Source: an uncultured Alphaproteobacteria bacterium
GTDB taxonomy: Bacteria; Pseudomonadota; Alphaproteobacteria; Methylaequorales; Methylaequoraceae
Reading direction: 5' to 3'
Assembly (NCBI GenBank): GCA_902579395.1
Contig: CACHGK010000006.1
Location: forward strand, 1,104-65,103
Length of the DNA: 64,000 nt
The position numbers were made by a program, and so were the translations under genes. A model generated the notes under the pieces. The model worked only from the letters and a program-made list of their open reading frames with translations, did no database searches and had not been told where the DNA came from. Position 1 is the stretch's first letter, and every line of letters starts with the position of its first letter. Positions 17,769 through 27,521 of the stretch are shown piece by piece.

Positions 17769-18421
17769 ATAATTTTTTTCATGCAGATGCATTTTTAAAT
17801 TTATATGATGTTTCACGTGAAACAATTGAGAGATTGACAATTTATTCGAGAATACTGATCTCTTGCAATAAAAAAACAAATATTATCTCGGAAAGCACTG
17901 AATCAAGCATTTGGCTTCGACACTTTGCAGATTCTGCAAAATTATATAATTTGCTAGAGGAAATAGACAAAAAATCCGATAATCAAAAAAATGTTTGTGA
18001 TATTGGAACCGGCGGAGGATTTCCAGGGCTAGTTCTAGCTATTATGAATAAAGAAAAAAAACTTAAATTAAAATTTTCATTAATTGATTCAAATAAAAAG
18101 AAGATAAATTTTCTTAAAACAGTTCTATCTGAAGTTGATCTAGATGTTCAATTAATAAATGAACGAGCTGAAAAAATTAAGCAAAAACAGGACATCATTC
18201 TTTCGAGAGCAGTCGCTCCATTAACTGAGTTTTTTCATTTTACAAATGACATGTTAAAAAAAAATACCATTTTTATTCTTCCCAAAGGTAAAACTTGGGA
18301 AAAAGAAATTAATGAATTAAAAAAAAAGTGGCACTACAAAGTGAATATTGTTACAAATAATAAAATAATTGATAATTCGGGAGGAGTAACTCTCGTTTTT
18401 AAAGAAATAAAAAAAAAATGA
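17765..18421 (+). CDS. rsmG: 16S rRNA m7G527 methyltransferase RsmG (GidB)
   Basis: SAM-binding motif DIGTGGGFPGLVLAI. Located between mnmG and parA. Confidence 0.9.
   Translation: MNNFFHADAFLNLYDVSRETIERLTIYSRILISCNKKTNIISESTESSIWLRHFADSAKLYNLLEEIDKKSDNQKNVCDIGTGGGFPGLVLAIMNKEKKLKLKFSLIDSNKKKINFLKTVLSEVDLDVQLINERAEKIKQKQDIILSRAVAPLTEFFHFTNDMLKKNTIFILPKGKTWEKEINELKKKWHYKVNIVTNNKIIDNSGGVTLVFKEIKKK
17809..17824. promoter_or_regulatory. parS: parS centromere site TGTTTCACGTGAAACA (perfect palindrome)
   Basis: Exact match to the parS consensus. It lies inside rsmG codons encoding DVSRETI. Confidence 0.85.
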
Positions 18422-19212
18422 TGAAAAGAACTGTTTTTTCAATTGTAAATCAAAAAGGTGGGGTTGGAAAAACAACCACAGCAGTTAATTTAGCTACAGC
18501 ACTATCTATAACTGGAAAATCATGTCTGGTTATCGACCTTGACCCACAGGGGAATGCAAGTACTGGCTTTTCCATACCCTCGGACAGACGGAGGCCAGGC
18601 ACATATGAAGTGCTCACTCAAAAAGTGGCTATGGAAGATGCTGTAAAGTCAACTGAAGTAAATGGACTTGGGCTTGTGCCATCACGAGTCGACTTAGCCA
18701 ACGCAGAAGCAGAAATACCTGAAAATATAACTGAAAAAGAGTATATTTTAAAAAATGCCATTGAAAAACTACCCGGTCAATACTCGGCAATAATTGTTGA
18801 TTGTCCTCCGGGAACTGGATTCTTGACTATTAATGCGCTAGCAGCGTCGGACAAAGTTCTCATCCCACTTCAGTGTGAGTTCTATGCATTAGAGGGTTTG
18901 AGTCAAATATTAAGAGTAATTAAACAAGTTAATTCTGAATTAAATTCATCCTTAGACTTAGATGGTATTTTATTAACAATGCACGATGCTAGAAACAAGC
19001 TTAGTATTCAGGTTGAGGAGGATGTTCGCGAGGTGATGGGTGAGGCTGTTTACAAAACAATAATTCCAAGGAATATAAAAATATCCGAATCACCGTCACA
19101 CGGAAAACCAGTTCTCTTATATGATCATGCATGTATTGGATCAGAAGCTTATGTAAATTTAGCAGCTGAAGTTCTCGGAAAGGGAAACTTTGGTGGGCTT
19201 AACGGAAACTAA
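18418..19212 (+). CDS. parA: Chromosome partitioning ATPase ParA
   Basis: Deviant Walker A motif NQKGGVGKTTTAVNLA. 264 aa, upstream of parB. Confidence 0.93.
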   Translation: MMKRTVFSIVNQKGGVGKTTTAVNLATALSITGKSCLVIDLDPQGNASTGFSIPSDRRRPGTYEVLTQKVAMEDAVKSTEVNGLGLVPSRVDLANAEAEIPENITEKEYILKNAIEKLPGQYSAIIVDCPPGTGFLTINALAASDKVLIPLQCEFYALEGLSQILRVIKQVNSELNSSLDLDGILLTMHDARNKLSIQVEEDVREVMGEAVYKTIIPRNIKISESPSHGKPVLLYDHACIGSEAYVNLAAEVLGKGNFGGLNGN

Positions 19213-19217
19213 TTTAT

Positions 19218-20303
19218 ATGAAAAAAAATAAAGAAACTAAAAAATCATTGAAGAAAGTTCAATTCAAAACTCCCCCCAAAAAAAATGATAAAGCAAAAGC
19301 AAAATCAACAAATAGCAGAAATAGGCTTGGTATGGGGCTTTCATCACTTATGTCAAAAGATCAGGAACTAGCTTCTGTTATAAGATCCAAAGTAAAAAGT
19401 CAGGCAACATCTTCGTCCCTAAAAATTCAAATTCCAAAACTATCAACTAATGAAAACTCGAAGATTTCAATTTTAAATGTACGAAAAGAAGACCAGAGTC
19501 AAAAAGTTGTTCCAATTCAAAGCCTTGTACCTGGAAAATTTCAACCAAGAAAAAATTTTGACCAAACAGAATTAGAAGAATTAGCAGAATCAATAAGAAG
19601 TAATGGAGTTTTACAACCAATTCTAGTCAGACCTTTAGTAAAAGATGGTAATAGCTTTGAAATTATAGCGGGAGAAAGAAGATGGAGAGCATCGCAATTA
19701 GCCAAATTACATCAAGTACCGGTAATAATAAGAGATTTTGATGATGAAACTGTTGTTGGGGTTGCAATGATTGAAAATCTTCAAAGAACAGATCTTAATT
19801 TAGTGGAAGAGGCCGAGGGATATAGAACTATGATGAATGTTTTTGCCTACACTCAGGAGAAACTTTCAGCACAACTTGGCAAAAGCAGAAGTCACATAGC
19901 GAACGTATTACGCATACTGAATTTATCAAAGAATATAAGGAAACATATTATTTCAGGTAGATTATCTTTTGGTCATGCTCGAGCCTTAATTACTCTAGCC
20001 CCAGAACAAGCTGATAATGTTGCAGATGATATTATCACTAAAGACTTAAGCGTCCGAAAAACCGAAAATATTGTCAATTCTATTAAACGTAAAGAAAGAG
20101 CCTCTTCAACTTTCAGCATAGATTCAAATCAAACAGCCAAAAATTCAAACGTTGAAAATTTGGAGAGAGAACTTACAAATTTACTTGGTTTAAAAGTGCT
20201 TATCTCACATAAAAGCAATAATAGCGGAAATCTATCAATTTTTTACAAGAGTTTAGATCAAATTCAACCAGTTATAGATAAATTAAAATGGAGACCCAAG
20301 TAA
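19218..20303 (+). CDS. parB: Chromosome partitioning protein ParB
   Basis: ParB box GERRWRAS, an HTH region (QEKLSAQLGKSRSHIANVLRIL) and a Lys-rich N-terminal extension. Confidence 0.92.
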   Translation: MKKNKETKKSLKKVQFKTPPKKNDKAKAKSTNSRNRLGMGLSSLMSKDQELASVIRSKVKSQATSSSLKIQIPKLSTNENSKISILNVRKEDQSQKVVPIQSLVPGKFQPRKNFDQTELEELAESIRSNGVLQPILVRPLVKDGNSFEIIAGERRWRASQLAKLHQVPVIIRDFDDETVVGVAMIENLQRTDLNLVEEAEGYRTMMNVFAYTQEKLSAQLGKSRSHIANVLRILNLSKNIRKHIISGRLSFGHARALITLAPEQADNVADDIITKDLSVRKTENIVNSIKRKERASSTFSIDSNQTAKNSNVENLERELTNLLGLKVLISHKSNNSGNLSIFYKSLDQIQPVIDKLKWRPK

Positions 20304-20309
20304 AATCTC

Positions 20310-20981
20310 ATGAGACAGATTATTTTAGACACTGAGACATCTGGCTTAGACTTTGAAAAAGATAGAATTATAGAAATAGGATGCTTAGAGTTGATAGATG
20401 GGATCTATTCAGGCAATAAATTTCATAGATATTACAATCCCGAAAGTATAAAAATTAGCTCAGAGTCTGAAGAAATCCACGGACTCAGCAATTCTTTTCT
20501 TTCAGGTTTCCCAACATTTGACAAGGATATTGAGAATTTCGTTCAATTCATCAACGACTCTCAGTTAATTATGCATAACGCTCAATTTGATTTATCAATG
20601 ATAAATCAGTCTTTAAGAAGATTATCGAGACAACAAATTGAAAAAAATAGCGCAATTTGCACACTAGAAATAGCGAAAAAAAAATTCCCTGGTAGTAAAA
20701 ATAATTTAAACGCCTTATGTAGAAGATTTAATATTAGTTTAGAGAGCCGAAAAAAACATGGCGCACTTACAGATTCATTTCTTTTATTAGAGGTTTTTAA
20801 TGAGTTAATGAGTGGAGGAAAACAAAAGGGTCTAGAACTCAATATTAAAAACAAGGATGTAAGAGAAAAATTTAAAACTATAAATTATAAGAGTTTACCA
20901 GTGTTAGAACTAACCTCCGAAGATCTCATTAATCATAGTGAAATGCTCAAAAAAATACGCGGAAACATTTGGGAGAATTGA
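20310..20981 (+). CDS. dnaQ: DNA polymerase III epsilon subunit (3'-5' exonuclease) DnaQ
   Basis: Exo motifs ILDTETSGL, HNAQFD and HGALTDSFLLLEVF. Confidence 0.88.
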   Translation: MRQIILDTETSGLDFEKDRIIEIGCLELIDGIYSGNKFHRYYNPESIKISSESEEIHGLSNSFLSGFPTFDKDIENFVQFINDSQLIMHNAQFDLSMINQSLRRLSRQQIEKNSAICTLEIAKKKFPGSKNNLNALCRRFNISLESRKKHGALTDSFLLLEVFNELMSGGKQKGLELNIKNKDVREKFKTINYKSLPVLELTSEDLINHSEMLKKIRGNIWEN

Positions 20982-21047
20982 CCTGTTTTTATTATACAAT
21001 ATAATACTATAAAGTTTTTTCTATATAATATAGCATATTGTAAAATA

Positions 21048-21956
21048 CTATATTTTTTTTAATAATTTTCTCCAGAACACCTTTGAAAGATTTACACTAT
21101 ATAATTGATTGATTTGAGTCATACCCGTTGGAGATGTTACATTAATTTCCGTTAATTTTTCATCAATTAAGTCGATACCCACGAAAAATAGTTTGTTGAT
21201 TTTTAAAAAAGGCTCAAGATGTTTACAAATATTATTTTCTCGTCCAGTTAATGAAGTCTTTGCTGCTCTTCCACCTAAATGAAGATTTGCTTTGAATTCA
21301 CCTGACTTAGGAATCCTATTTAGCACCCCAAAAGGCTTACCATCAATAAGTAAAACTCTTTTATCACCAAAATTAACTTTTTCTAAAAACTTTTGAACAA
21401 CAAGCGGAGTTTTAAATTTCTTTATCATACTTTCAAATTTTTCTTTGTAATTAAGCTGATCTTTTAATAACTTAATTATGCCCTCTCCACCTTTAAAGTA
21501 TAGAGGTTTTACGACAACCGATTTATGTTTATTGAGCATCTTTTGAAGAACTTTTGTATCCGAAGTGATTATAGTATCTGGCATTAATTGCATGAAATAT
21601 AATGGAAAAATTTTTTCGGTAAAATTTTTTATTCCTGATGGTTCATTTATAAAAAATGGTTTTAAATTAAACTTATTATGCACTTCAAGTAAATAGATGT
21701 TTGTAAGATAATTCATATCAAATGGTGGGTCCTGTCTTATAAAAAAAAAATCAAAATTATTTATTGTGAATTCTTTCTCAACATTTATTTTTAAGGTTTC
21801 ATTTTCAATTCTTGAGGCTTTAACCGAGGCAACATTTTTATTTAAAGTAAGTTTAGCAGGGTGTGTTATCCAAATATCAACACCTAATTCTAATCCTTCT
21901 TTTATTAAAGAAATTGTGGTATCAGTTTCAATATTAAGTTTGGAAAACTCATCCAT
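21048..21956 (-). CDS. gshB: Glutathione synthetase (ATP-grasp)
   Basis: RQDPPFDMNYLTNIYLLE and an ATP-grasp C-terminal half (GIDLIDEKLTEINVTSPTG). Confidence 0.85.
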   Translation of the reverse strand: MDEFSKLNIETDTTISLIKEGLELGVDIWITHPAKLTLNKNVASVKASRIENETLKINVEKEFTINNFDFFFIRQDPPFDMNYLTNIYLLEVHNKFNLKPFFINEPSGIKNFTEKIFPLYFMQLMPDTIITSDTKVLQKMLNKHKSVVVKPLYFKGGEGIIKLLKDQLNYKEKFESMIKKFKTPLVVQKFLEKVNFGDKRVLLIDGKPFGVLNRIPKSGEFKANLHLGGRAAKTSLTGRENNICKHLEPFLKINKLFFVGIDLIDEKLTEINVTSPTGMTQINQLYSVNLSKVFWRKLLKKI

Positions 21957-21985
21957 CTGAAATAATGCTGTAATTTTTTTAATTT

Positions 21986-22567
21986 TTATTCCCTGTAAGT
22001 TCTTAGGTTTATTATAGTAACTAGCTTTGGTATATCGTTCATCTTACTAAGAAAACTCTCTATGTTATTTTTTTCGTCTAAATTTTCTGCCAAACCTATA
22101 AGATATACATTTCCACCTACTACATCTAAACTATAATTGTTTGAATTTATGCCAGATTTGAACAATAATCTTGTCATTAATCGTGATCTAAACAAAGTAT
22201 CCTCAGTCCTTTCTTTTAATGATACTGAAGGGTTTATAATTATCTCATTATAAACTTTCTTTACACCGTCAGTTTTAGAAACTTGTTCAACTAATTTTAA
22301 TCTATTTATTTGATTGTTAGTATATCCTGTTAACAAAACATCCCCAAGTGAAACACTTACCTTAACATCAATTAAATTTGAAATATTAATAGTTGAAATT
22401 TTAGAAATAATTTTTGCTTTTATATAACTATCATCTACTGAAGCTGTAAAACCTTTACTCGAAACTCCTGCATTTGCTGCCATTGAAACAACTGAACTGA
22501 CAGTGCCACATGATGAAATAGAAAAAAGACAACCAAGAATACACAAATAATTAATTATCTTTTCCAA
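21986..22567 (-). CDS. BON-domain lipoprotein (DolP/OsmY-like)
   Basis: Lipobox LFSISSCG and two BON-like segments (VSVSLGDVLLTGYT; LDVVGGNVYLIGL). Confidence 0.65.
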   Translation of the reverse strand: MEKIINYLCILGCLFSISSCGTVSSVVSMAANAGVSSKGFTASVDDSYIKAKIISKISTINISNLIDVKVSVSLGDVLLTGYTNNQINRLKLVEQVSKTDGVKKVYNEIIINPSVSLKERTEDTLFRSRLMTRLLFKSGINSNNYSLDVVGGNVYLIGLAENLDEKNNIESFLSKMNDIPKLVTIINLRTYRE

Positions 22568-24746
22568 CTAAAACCTCTCGTCTCCCAACGTGGTTAGCCG
22601 GGCTTACAATTCCTTCTGATTCCATTTTCTCAATAATTCTTGCAGCTCTATTGTAGCCAATTTGTAAATGTCTTTGTATAAAACTTGTAGAAGCTTTTTT
22701 CTCTCTACAGACGATAGACACAGCTCTGTCATAGAGTTCATCTCCAGAATCATTGAAAGCCAGATTATAGTTCTCTTGCTCTTCTTGATCCTTTGTAACA
22801 GATTGGAGATATTCAGGTTCTCCTTGCTTCTTTAGATGATTAACAACTGACTGTACTTCTTCTGTTTTTACGAATGGACCGTGTACTCTTAATAAATTTT
22901 CTCCCAACATAGTTAACAAGAGGTCGCCTTGACCAAGTAATTGCTCTGCGCCCTGTTCTTCTAAAATTGTTCTACTATTAATTTTATTAACAACTTTATA
23001 GCTTATTCTTGTAGGAAAATTTGATTTTATTGTTCCAGTTATTACATCAACCGATGGTCTTTGGGTTGCCACAATCAGATGGATTCCAGCTGCTCGAGCC
23101 ATTTGTGACAATCTTTGGATAGCCCCCTCAATTTCTTTTCCTGAAGTAATCATTAGATCAGCTAGTTCGTCAACCACTACAACTATTTTAGGGAATAAAG
23201 ATAAATCTAATGCCTTTTTTTCCGTAACAGGTTTACCTGTTTCGGAATCATACCCAACCTGCATTTCCTTGAATATAACTTGGCCAGCATCTAATATTCT
23301 TTTTACCTTTTTATTATAGTCATCTATTTCTCTTACTTCTAAGTGAGTCATCATTTGGTATCTTTTTTCCATTTCTTTAACAGTCCATTTAAGCGCAGAT
23401 ATTGCTTTCTTAGGGTCAGTTACAACCTCAGTCAGAAGATGTGGAATGTCTTGATAGACAGATAATTCTAACATTTTTGGATCAATTAAAATGAGTCGAC
23501 ATTCTTCTGGTGATAAATAATATAATAGAGATAGAAGCATAGCATTAATTCCAACTGACTTTCCAGAACCAGTTGTCCCAGCAACCAGCAAATGAGGCAT
23601 CTTTGATAAATCAACTATGACCGGTTTTCCAAATATATCTTTTCCCAAGGCCAAAGGAAGTTTGAATTTATTTTCACTAAATAAAGGATCATTAAGCAAC
23701 TCTCTGAGAAACACAGTTTGTCTCTGTTTATTTGGAATCTCAATTCCTATAGCATCCTTGCCAGCTATGGTTGATATTCTTGTAGATTTAGCGCTCATAG
23801 ATCTTGCGATATCCTCTGAGAGTCGAATAACACTAGAAGATAATGTACCGGGTGCAGGCGTTAGCTCGAAAAGAGTTACAATAGGACCCTGCTTTACATC
23901 AGTAATTTTTCCACTAATCCTGAAATCTTTCAGTACCCCAGCTAGTAATGATGTATTTAGTTCTGTATTTTTCTTATTATCAGCTTCTATCCCAGGAATT
24001 ACCTGTTCTTTTTCTAATAAATCAATTGCTGGAAAAACATAGTTTTCAGGATTTTTAATTCTTGATGTTTGTTTGGTTCTTAATGACTTTTTTGTTTCTT
24101 TTTGAATACTGATATCTTTTTTTAAAAAAGAAAAAAAGGAATGACTTCTATAGTTAGTTAAATTAAGGGCCCGACCAACAATCAAGATTAAATAAAATAT
24201 ACTTTTAACAAGAACTAATATTGCATTTTTTAATTCAAAATAACCAATGTTGAAAGTTAAAAAAATTGAAATAAATAAAAGTAAGATTAAAAATATAAAT
24301 GTGATTTTAGAATATTCTGTACTCCCAATATAATGATCATAATAAATTATTAGTCCTTCACCCAGAATACCTGAAGACAAAAATGGTAAAGCTAATTGCG
24401 TATTAAATGCTCCAATTATAAAACAAAGAAGAATGATAGTTATTGGAAGCGTAAACCATGAATACCAGGAGGTTTCTCTTCCTAAGACAACTCTAACGCC
24501 ATTAAATATAAGAAAGACACAAAATAAATACGATACAGTTCCAAATATATCAAAGAGGAAATTAGAAAGTATGGAGCTGACTAAACCAAAAAAGTTTTCT
24601 GAATCTTCAGAAAGGGAGTCAAACATAAAAAAATTATTTTTTTCAGGGCTAGAACTTAATAGTGAAATAAAAATGAATATACCTATCGAAATAAATACAG
24701 AAAAAAGTATGATTTTTTTTAAATTTTCTTTAAATTTACTTTTCAT
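22551..24746 (-). CDS. ftsK: DNA translocase FtsK
   Basis: N-terminal TM segments, Walker A VAGTTGSGKSVGIN, the motor domain, and a C-terminal gamma wHTH (STSFIQRHLQIGYNRAARIIE). Confidence 0.93.
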   Translation of the reverse strand: MKSKFKENLKKIILFSVFISIGIFIFISLLSSSPEKNNFFMFDSLSEDSENFFGLVSSILSNFLFDIFGTVSYLFCVFLIFNGVRVVLGRETSWYSWFTLPITIILLCFIIGAFNTQLALPFLSSGILGEGLIIYYDHYIGSTEYSKITFIFLILLLFISIFLTFNIGYFELKNAILVLVKSIFYLILIVGRALNLTNYRSHSFFSFLKKDISIQKETKKSLRTKQTSRIKNPENYVFPAIDLLEKEQVIPGIEADNKKNTELNTSLLAGVLKDFRISGKITDVKQGPIVTLFELTPAPGTLSSSVIRLSEDIARSMSAKSTRISTIAGKDAIGIEIPNKQRQTVFLRELLNDPLFSENKFKLPLALGKDIFGKPVIVDLSKMPHLLVAGTTGSGKSVGINAMLLSLLYYLSPEECRLILIDPKMLELSVYQDIPHLLTEVVTDPKKAISALKWTVKEMEKRYQMMTHLEVREIDDYNKKVKRILDAGQVIFKEMQVGYDSETGKPVTEKKALDLSLFPKIVVVVDELADLMITSGKEIEGAIQRLSQMARAAGIHLIVATQRPSVDVITGTIKSNFPTRISYKVVNKINSRTILEEQGAEQLLGQGDLLLTMLGENLLRVHGPFVKTEEVQSVVNHLKKQGEPEYLQSVTKDQEEQENYNLAFNDSGDELYDRAVSIVCREKKASTSFIQRHLQIGYNRAARIIEKMESEGIVSPANHVGRREVLVGKDN

Positions 24747-24793
24747 TAGATAATTTAATTATATTAATTTTATTAAAAAAACATATTTAAAAA

Positions 24794-25984
24794 ATGAAAA
24801 AAAAAAAACATGACATTCTTGTGTGTGGATCGGGAATGATTGGAATGACATTCGCATTAATGATGGCACATAAAAAAATAAATGTGTGTTTAATTGATAG
24901 AAGTAGTTCAAATGTCTTGCAAAAAAAAATCGATTCAAGAACAACAGCTATCTCACAGGGTTCTTCAAGAATTTACAATAAATTAAATTTATGGAATTAT
25001 TTAAGAAAAGAATCACAACCCATTCTAAAAATTTTAGTTGGGGATGGAATAAATAATGAAAATTTAATTTTTAACCATGAAGAAGTTAATGAAGGACCTC
25101 TCGGTTTTATTATTAATAATAATTTTTTTAAGAAGAAACTATTTAACGAAGTTTCACAATCTAAATTTATAAAATTTTACCCTAATACAGAAATAAAAAA
25201 AATAAATAATGAAAATCTCGATAATAGTGTAGCTGAAACAAATCAAGGTCCTATTGAATTCAAGTTGCTTGTGGCAGCGGATGGGCGTTTTTCAAATACT
25301 AGATTCCAGGCTGACATAAAATATAGATTTCATGATTACAAACAGAATGCTTTTGTTTTTAATATTTCACATAAAAATAGTCATAAAGGTATAGCTCTTG
25401 AGAGATTTTTTCCAACTGGTCCGATGGCGCTACTTCCTATGAAGACAAAAGATTTGAAAAATTCTTCAGTTGTCTGGACGGTTGAGTCTGAAATATCTGA
25501 AAAACAAAAATTTAAAAACAATTTTAGGGATGAGTTTATCAAAATATACAGTGATTTTTTCGGTAAAATAAAAGAATTTTCAACTATAAATAAATATCCA
25601 CTAAATATTTATTCATGCAATGAATATAGTAAGAAAAATGTTGTACTAATAGGAGATGCTTGTCAAGCAATTCATCCAATTGCCGGACAAGGTTTCAATC
25701 TAGGTCTAAGAGATGCAAAATATTTAAGTGATTTGATTTATGAATTTAAAGAACACGGCATTGAGCCTTTTAACAATTCTCTTTTCAAAATGTATGAAAA
25801 AAATAGATTTATGGATAAAAATATTCTCATTGGTGCAACTCACAATCTTAACAGATTATTTTCAAATTCGAATAGAATTAGCATGTCATTGAGAAGACTA
25901 GGGATACAGTTAGTTTCAAAATCAGATTTTTTTAAAAATCAGAGTATGCTTTTTGCCATGGGTCTTAGAAATTTTGAGATTTAG
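24794..25984 (+). CDS. ubiH: UbiH/UbiF/Coq6-family FAD-dependent ubiquinone hydroxylase
   Basis: GxGxxG motif (VCGSGMIGMTFA) and the GDACQAIHPIAGQGFNLGLRDA motif. Confidence 0.75.
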   Translation: MKKKKHDILVCGSGMIGMTFALMMAHKKINVCLIDRSSSNVLQKKIDSRTTAISQGSSRIYNKLNLWNYLRKESQPILKILVGDGINNENLIFNHEEVNEGPLGFIINNNFFKKKLFNEVSQSKFIKFYPNTEIKKINNENLDNSVAETNQGPIEFKLLVAADGRFSNTRFQADIKYRFHDYKQNAFVFNISHKNSHKGIALERFFPTGPMALLPMKTKDLKNSSVVWTVESEISEKQKFKNNFRDEFIKIYSDFFGKIKEFSTINKYPLNIYSCNEYSKKNVVLIGDACQAIHPIAGQGFNLGLRDAKYLSDLIYEFKEHGIEPFNNSLFKMYEKNRFMDKNILIGATHNLNRLFSNSNRISMSLRRLGIQLVSKSDFFKNQSMLFAMGLRNFEI

Positions 25985-26270
25985 CTCCTATTCTAACTAA
26001 ATAATCCCAACTATAAATTCCTGTATTATGACCATCATTAAAAATTATTCTTATTGCATAATTACCCACAGCCTCAATTTTAGTTATTGAAGTAGATTTA
26101 AACATCTCTTTGTAGTTATTAAGATTCTCTTTTCCTAACTTATTCTTATTCTCAGCAGAGGGACTAAGAGCTCTTAAGTATGACGCGGTAAGAAGAAGAA
26201 ATTGATCATCCTCATACTCTATTTGAATACCTCGCTTATTTTTATTTAATGTAATTGATTTAGGAATCAT
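25965..26270 (-). CDS. DUF971 (gamma-butyrobetaine hydroxylase-like N-terminal domain) protein
   Basis: 101 aa. The pattern LRALSPSAE...GNYAIRIIFNDGHNTGIYSWDYL is typical of DUF971. Confidence 0.6.
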   Translation of the reverse strand: MIPKSITLNKNKRGIQIEYEDDQFLLLTASYLRALSPSAENKNKLGKENLNNYKEMFKSTSITKIEAVGNYAIRIIFNDGHNTGIYSWDYLVRIGAKSQNF

Positions 26271-26272
26271 TT

Positions 26273-26434
26273 TTAATCTAAAACTAACTTTGGAATACCA
26301 TTCTCAATTTCATAGGAATGCTTACCATCCTTAGTTACTAGAATATTTTTCTTTTTGTTATATTCAAGTTTTCCACCACTTTTAGGACATATTAAAAATT
26401 CTAAAAAATTAGGATTAAAGGTATTTTTACTCAC
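26273..26434 (-). CDS. Trm112/UPF0434-family small protein (53 aa, below the ORF-track threshold)
   Basis: Hand translation from the GTG at 26434 gives VSKNTFNPNFLEFLICPKSGGKLEYNKKKNILVTKDGKHSYEIENGIPKLVLD*. The LICP...G.L.Y and Y.I..GIP.L. pattern fits Trm112/YcaR. The GTG overlaps the TGA stop of the upstream gene (GTGA). Confidence 0.7.
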   Translation of the reverse strand: MSKNTFNPNFLEFLICPKSGGKLEYNKKKNILVTKDGKHSYEIENGIPKLVLD

Positions 26435-27105
26435 GAAGGGTTTCCAGACACTGACATATTATTTTCATTTATTCCCATTTGCATTAATGAATTAAGCACG
26501 CTCAGTCTTTGTTCCAAAGTTTTTGCCTCAAGCAAAGCTTGCTTTTCACTTACATCAAAGGGACAGCACATGCTTATCATATTTATTAAATCCTCGTCAT
26601 TTGTTGTTTCCACCATTTGCCAATCTGCATTAATTGATATTTTTTTAAGAAATACTTTAAGAAGTGACTCAAAATCTTTTCTTTTTTTTTGATTTTTGAG
26701 AGAACAGGTATTGAAATCATTTTTAAATTCATCCCATTTAACTTCTGCAGACCTAAAACCATTTATTACTTTCTTTTCTTTTATTACTTTAAACCGACAT
26801 ACACCCTTAAGAATTAATTCATATCTGTTATCATTAGTTTCAGAAAAAGCCGTAACTCTGCCTGCACATCCTATTTGATAAAGATTCGGGTTTTTTGTAT
26901 CTGAATCCTTGGTAGATTTGTCTTTAGGTTGAATCATTCCAATAATCTTTTTATTGGACAGTGCATAATCTAGCATATGTAAATATCTATTCTCAAACAG
27001 GTTTAAAGGCAACTTAGCCCTTGGCAAGAGCAAAACTTTGTTTAAAGGAAATAGTGGGATAACATTAGGAAGATCAGTTATTGAGTTTTCAAAACTATAG
27101 AGCAT
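26431..27105 (-). CDS. LON N-terminal (substrate-binding) domain protein
   Basis: IPLFPLNKVLLLPRAKLPLNLFENRYLHML is the typical LON-domain N-terminus. At 224 aa it has no ATPase or protease part. Confidence 0.75.
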   Translation of the reverse strand: MLYSFENSITDLPNVIPLFPLNKVLLLPRAKLPLNLFENRYLHMLDYALSNKKIIGMIQPKDKSTKDSDTKNPNLYQIGCAGRVTAFSETNDNRYELILKGVCRFKVIKEKKVINGFRSAEVKWDEFKNDFNTCSLKNQKKRKDFESLLKVFLKKISINADWQMVETTNDEDLINMISMCCPFDVSEKQALLEAKTLEQRLSVLNSLMQMGINENNMSVSGNPS

Positions 27106-27211
27106 ATTATAAATATGTTTTATAATAAGACATAATTAAAGATATTTTTTAAAAAAAATTGCTTTTATTATTTAAATAAATGAATTAAGACTGTAAAATA
27201 CAACAGATTTT

Positions 27212-27286
27212 GCGGGAATAGCTCAGTGGTAGAGCATCACGTTGCCAACGTGAGGGTCGCGAGTTCGAATCTCGTTTCCCGCTCCA
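27212..27286 (+). tRNA. tRNA-Gly (anticodon GCC), CCA encoded
   Basis: Manual cloverleaf: acceptor GCGGGAA/TTCCCGC, D stem GCTC/GAGC, anticodon stem TCACG/CGTGA with loop TTGCCAA, and T stem GCGAG/CTCGT with loop TTCGAAT. Confidence 0.95.
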
Positions 27287-27521
27287 TAGTTCTCATGGAA
27301 TCTCTGTAGCAAAGTCTCTTAAAAATATAAATCGTTTAATAAACAATAATACATACAAGAAAAACAAAAACCAGATTCGATTATGTAAAATGGATTTAGT
27401 TAAATAATTGATCAGAAAAGAAGAATATTTCTTTATTTTTAAATATAGTATATATATTAATACAATATAAAATAGACTAATTAAATTTATATTATATAAC
27501 ATATTAACACTTTTATATTTT

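Noticed and set aside
20982-21047. AT-only inverted repeat (ACAATAT...ATATTGT) between convergent dnaQ and gshB, considered as a bidirectional terminator.
   Set aside because: The stem is short and entirely A/T with no GC clamp or clear U-tract, so it is not supportable from sequence alone.
24794-24811. Long poly-A tracts at gene starts (12 A in ubiH codons 2-5; 13 A at the secB start around 28631-28645; others) as possible phase-variation switches.
   Set aside because: They encode Lys runs that are common in AT-rich genomes and occur in essential housekeeping genes. There is no evidence of frameshifted alternatives.
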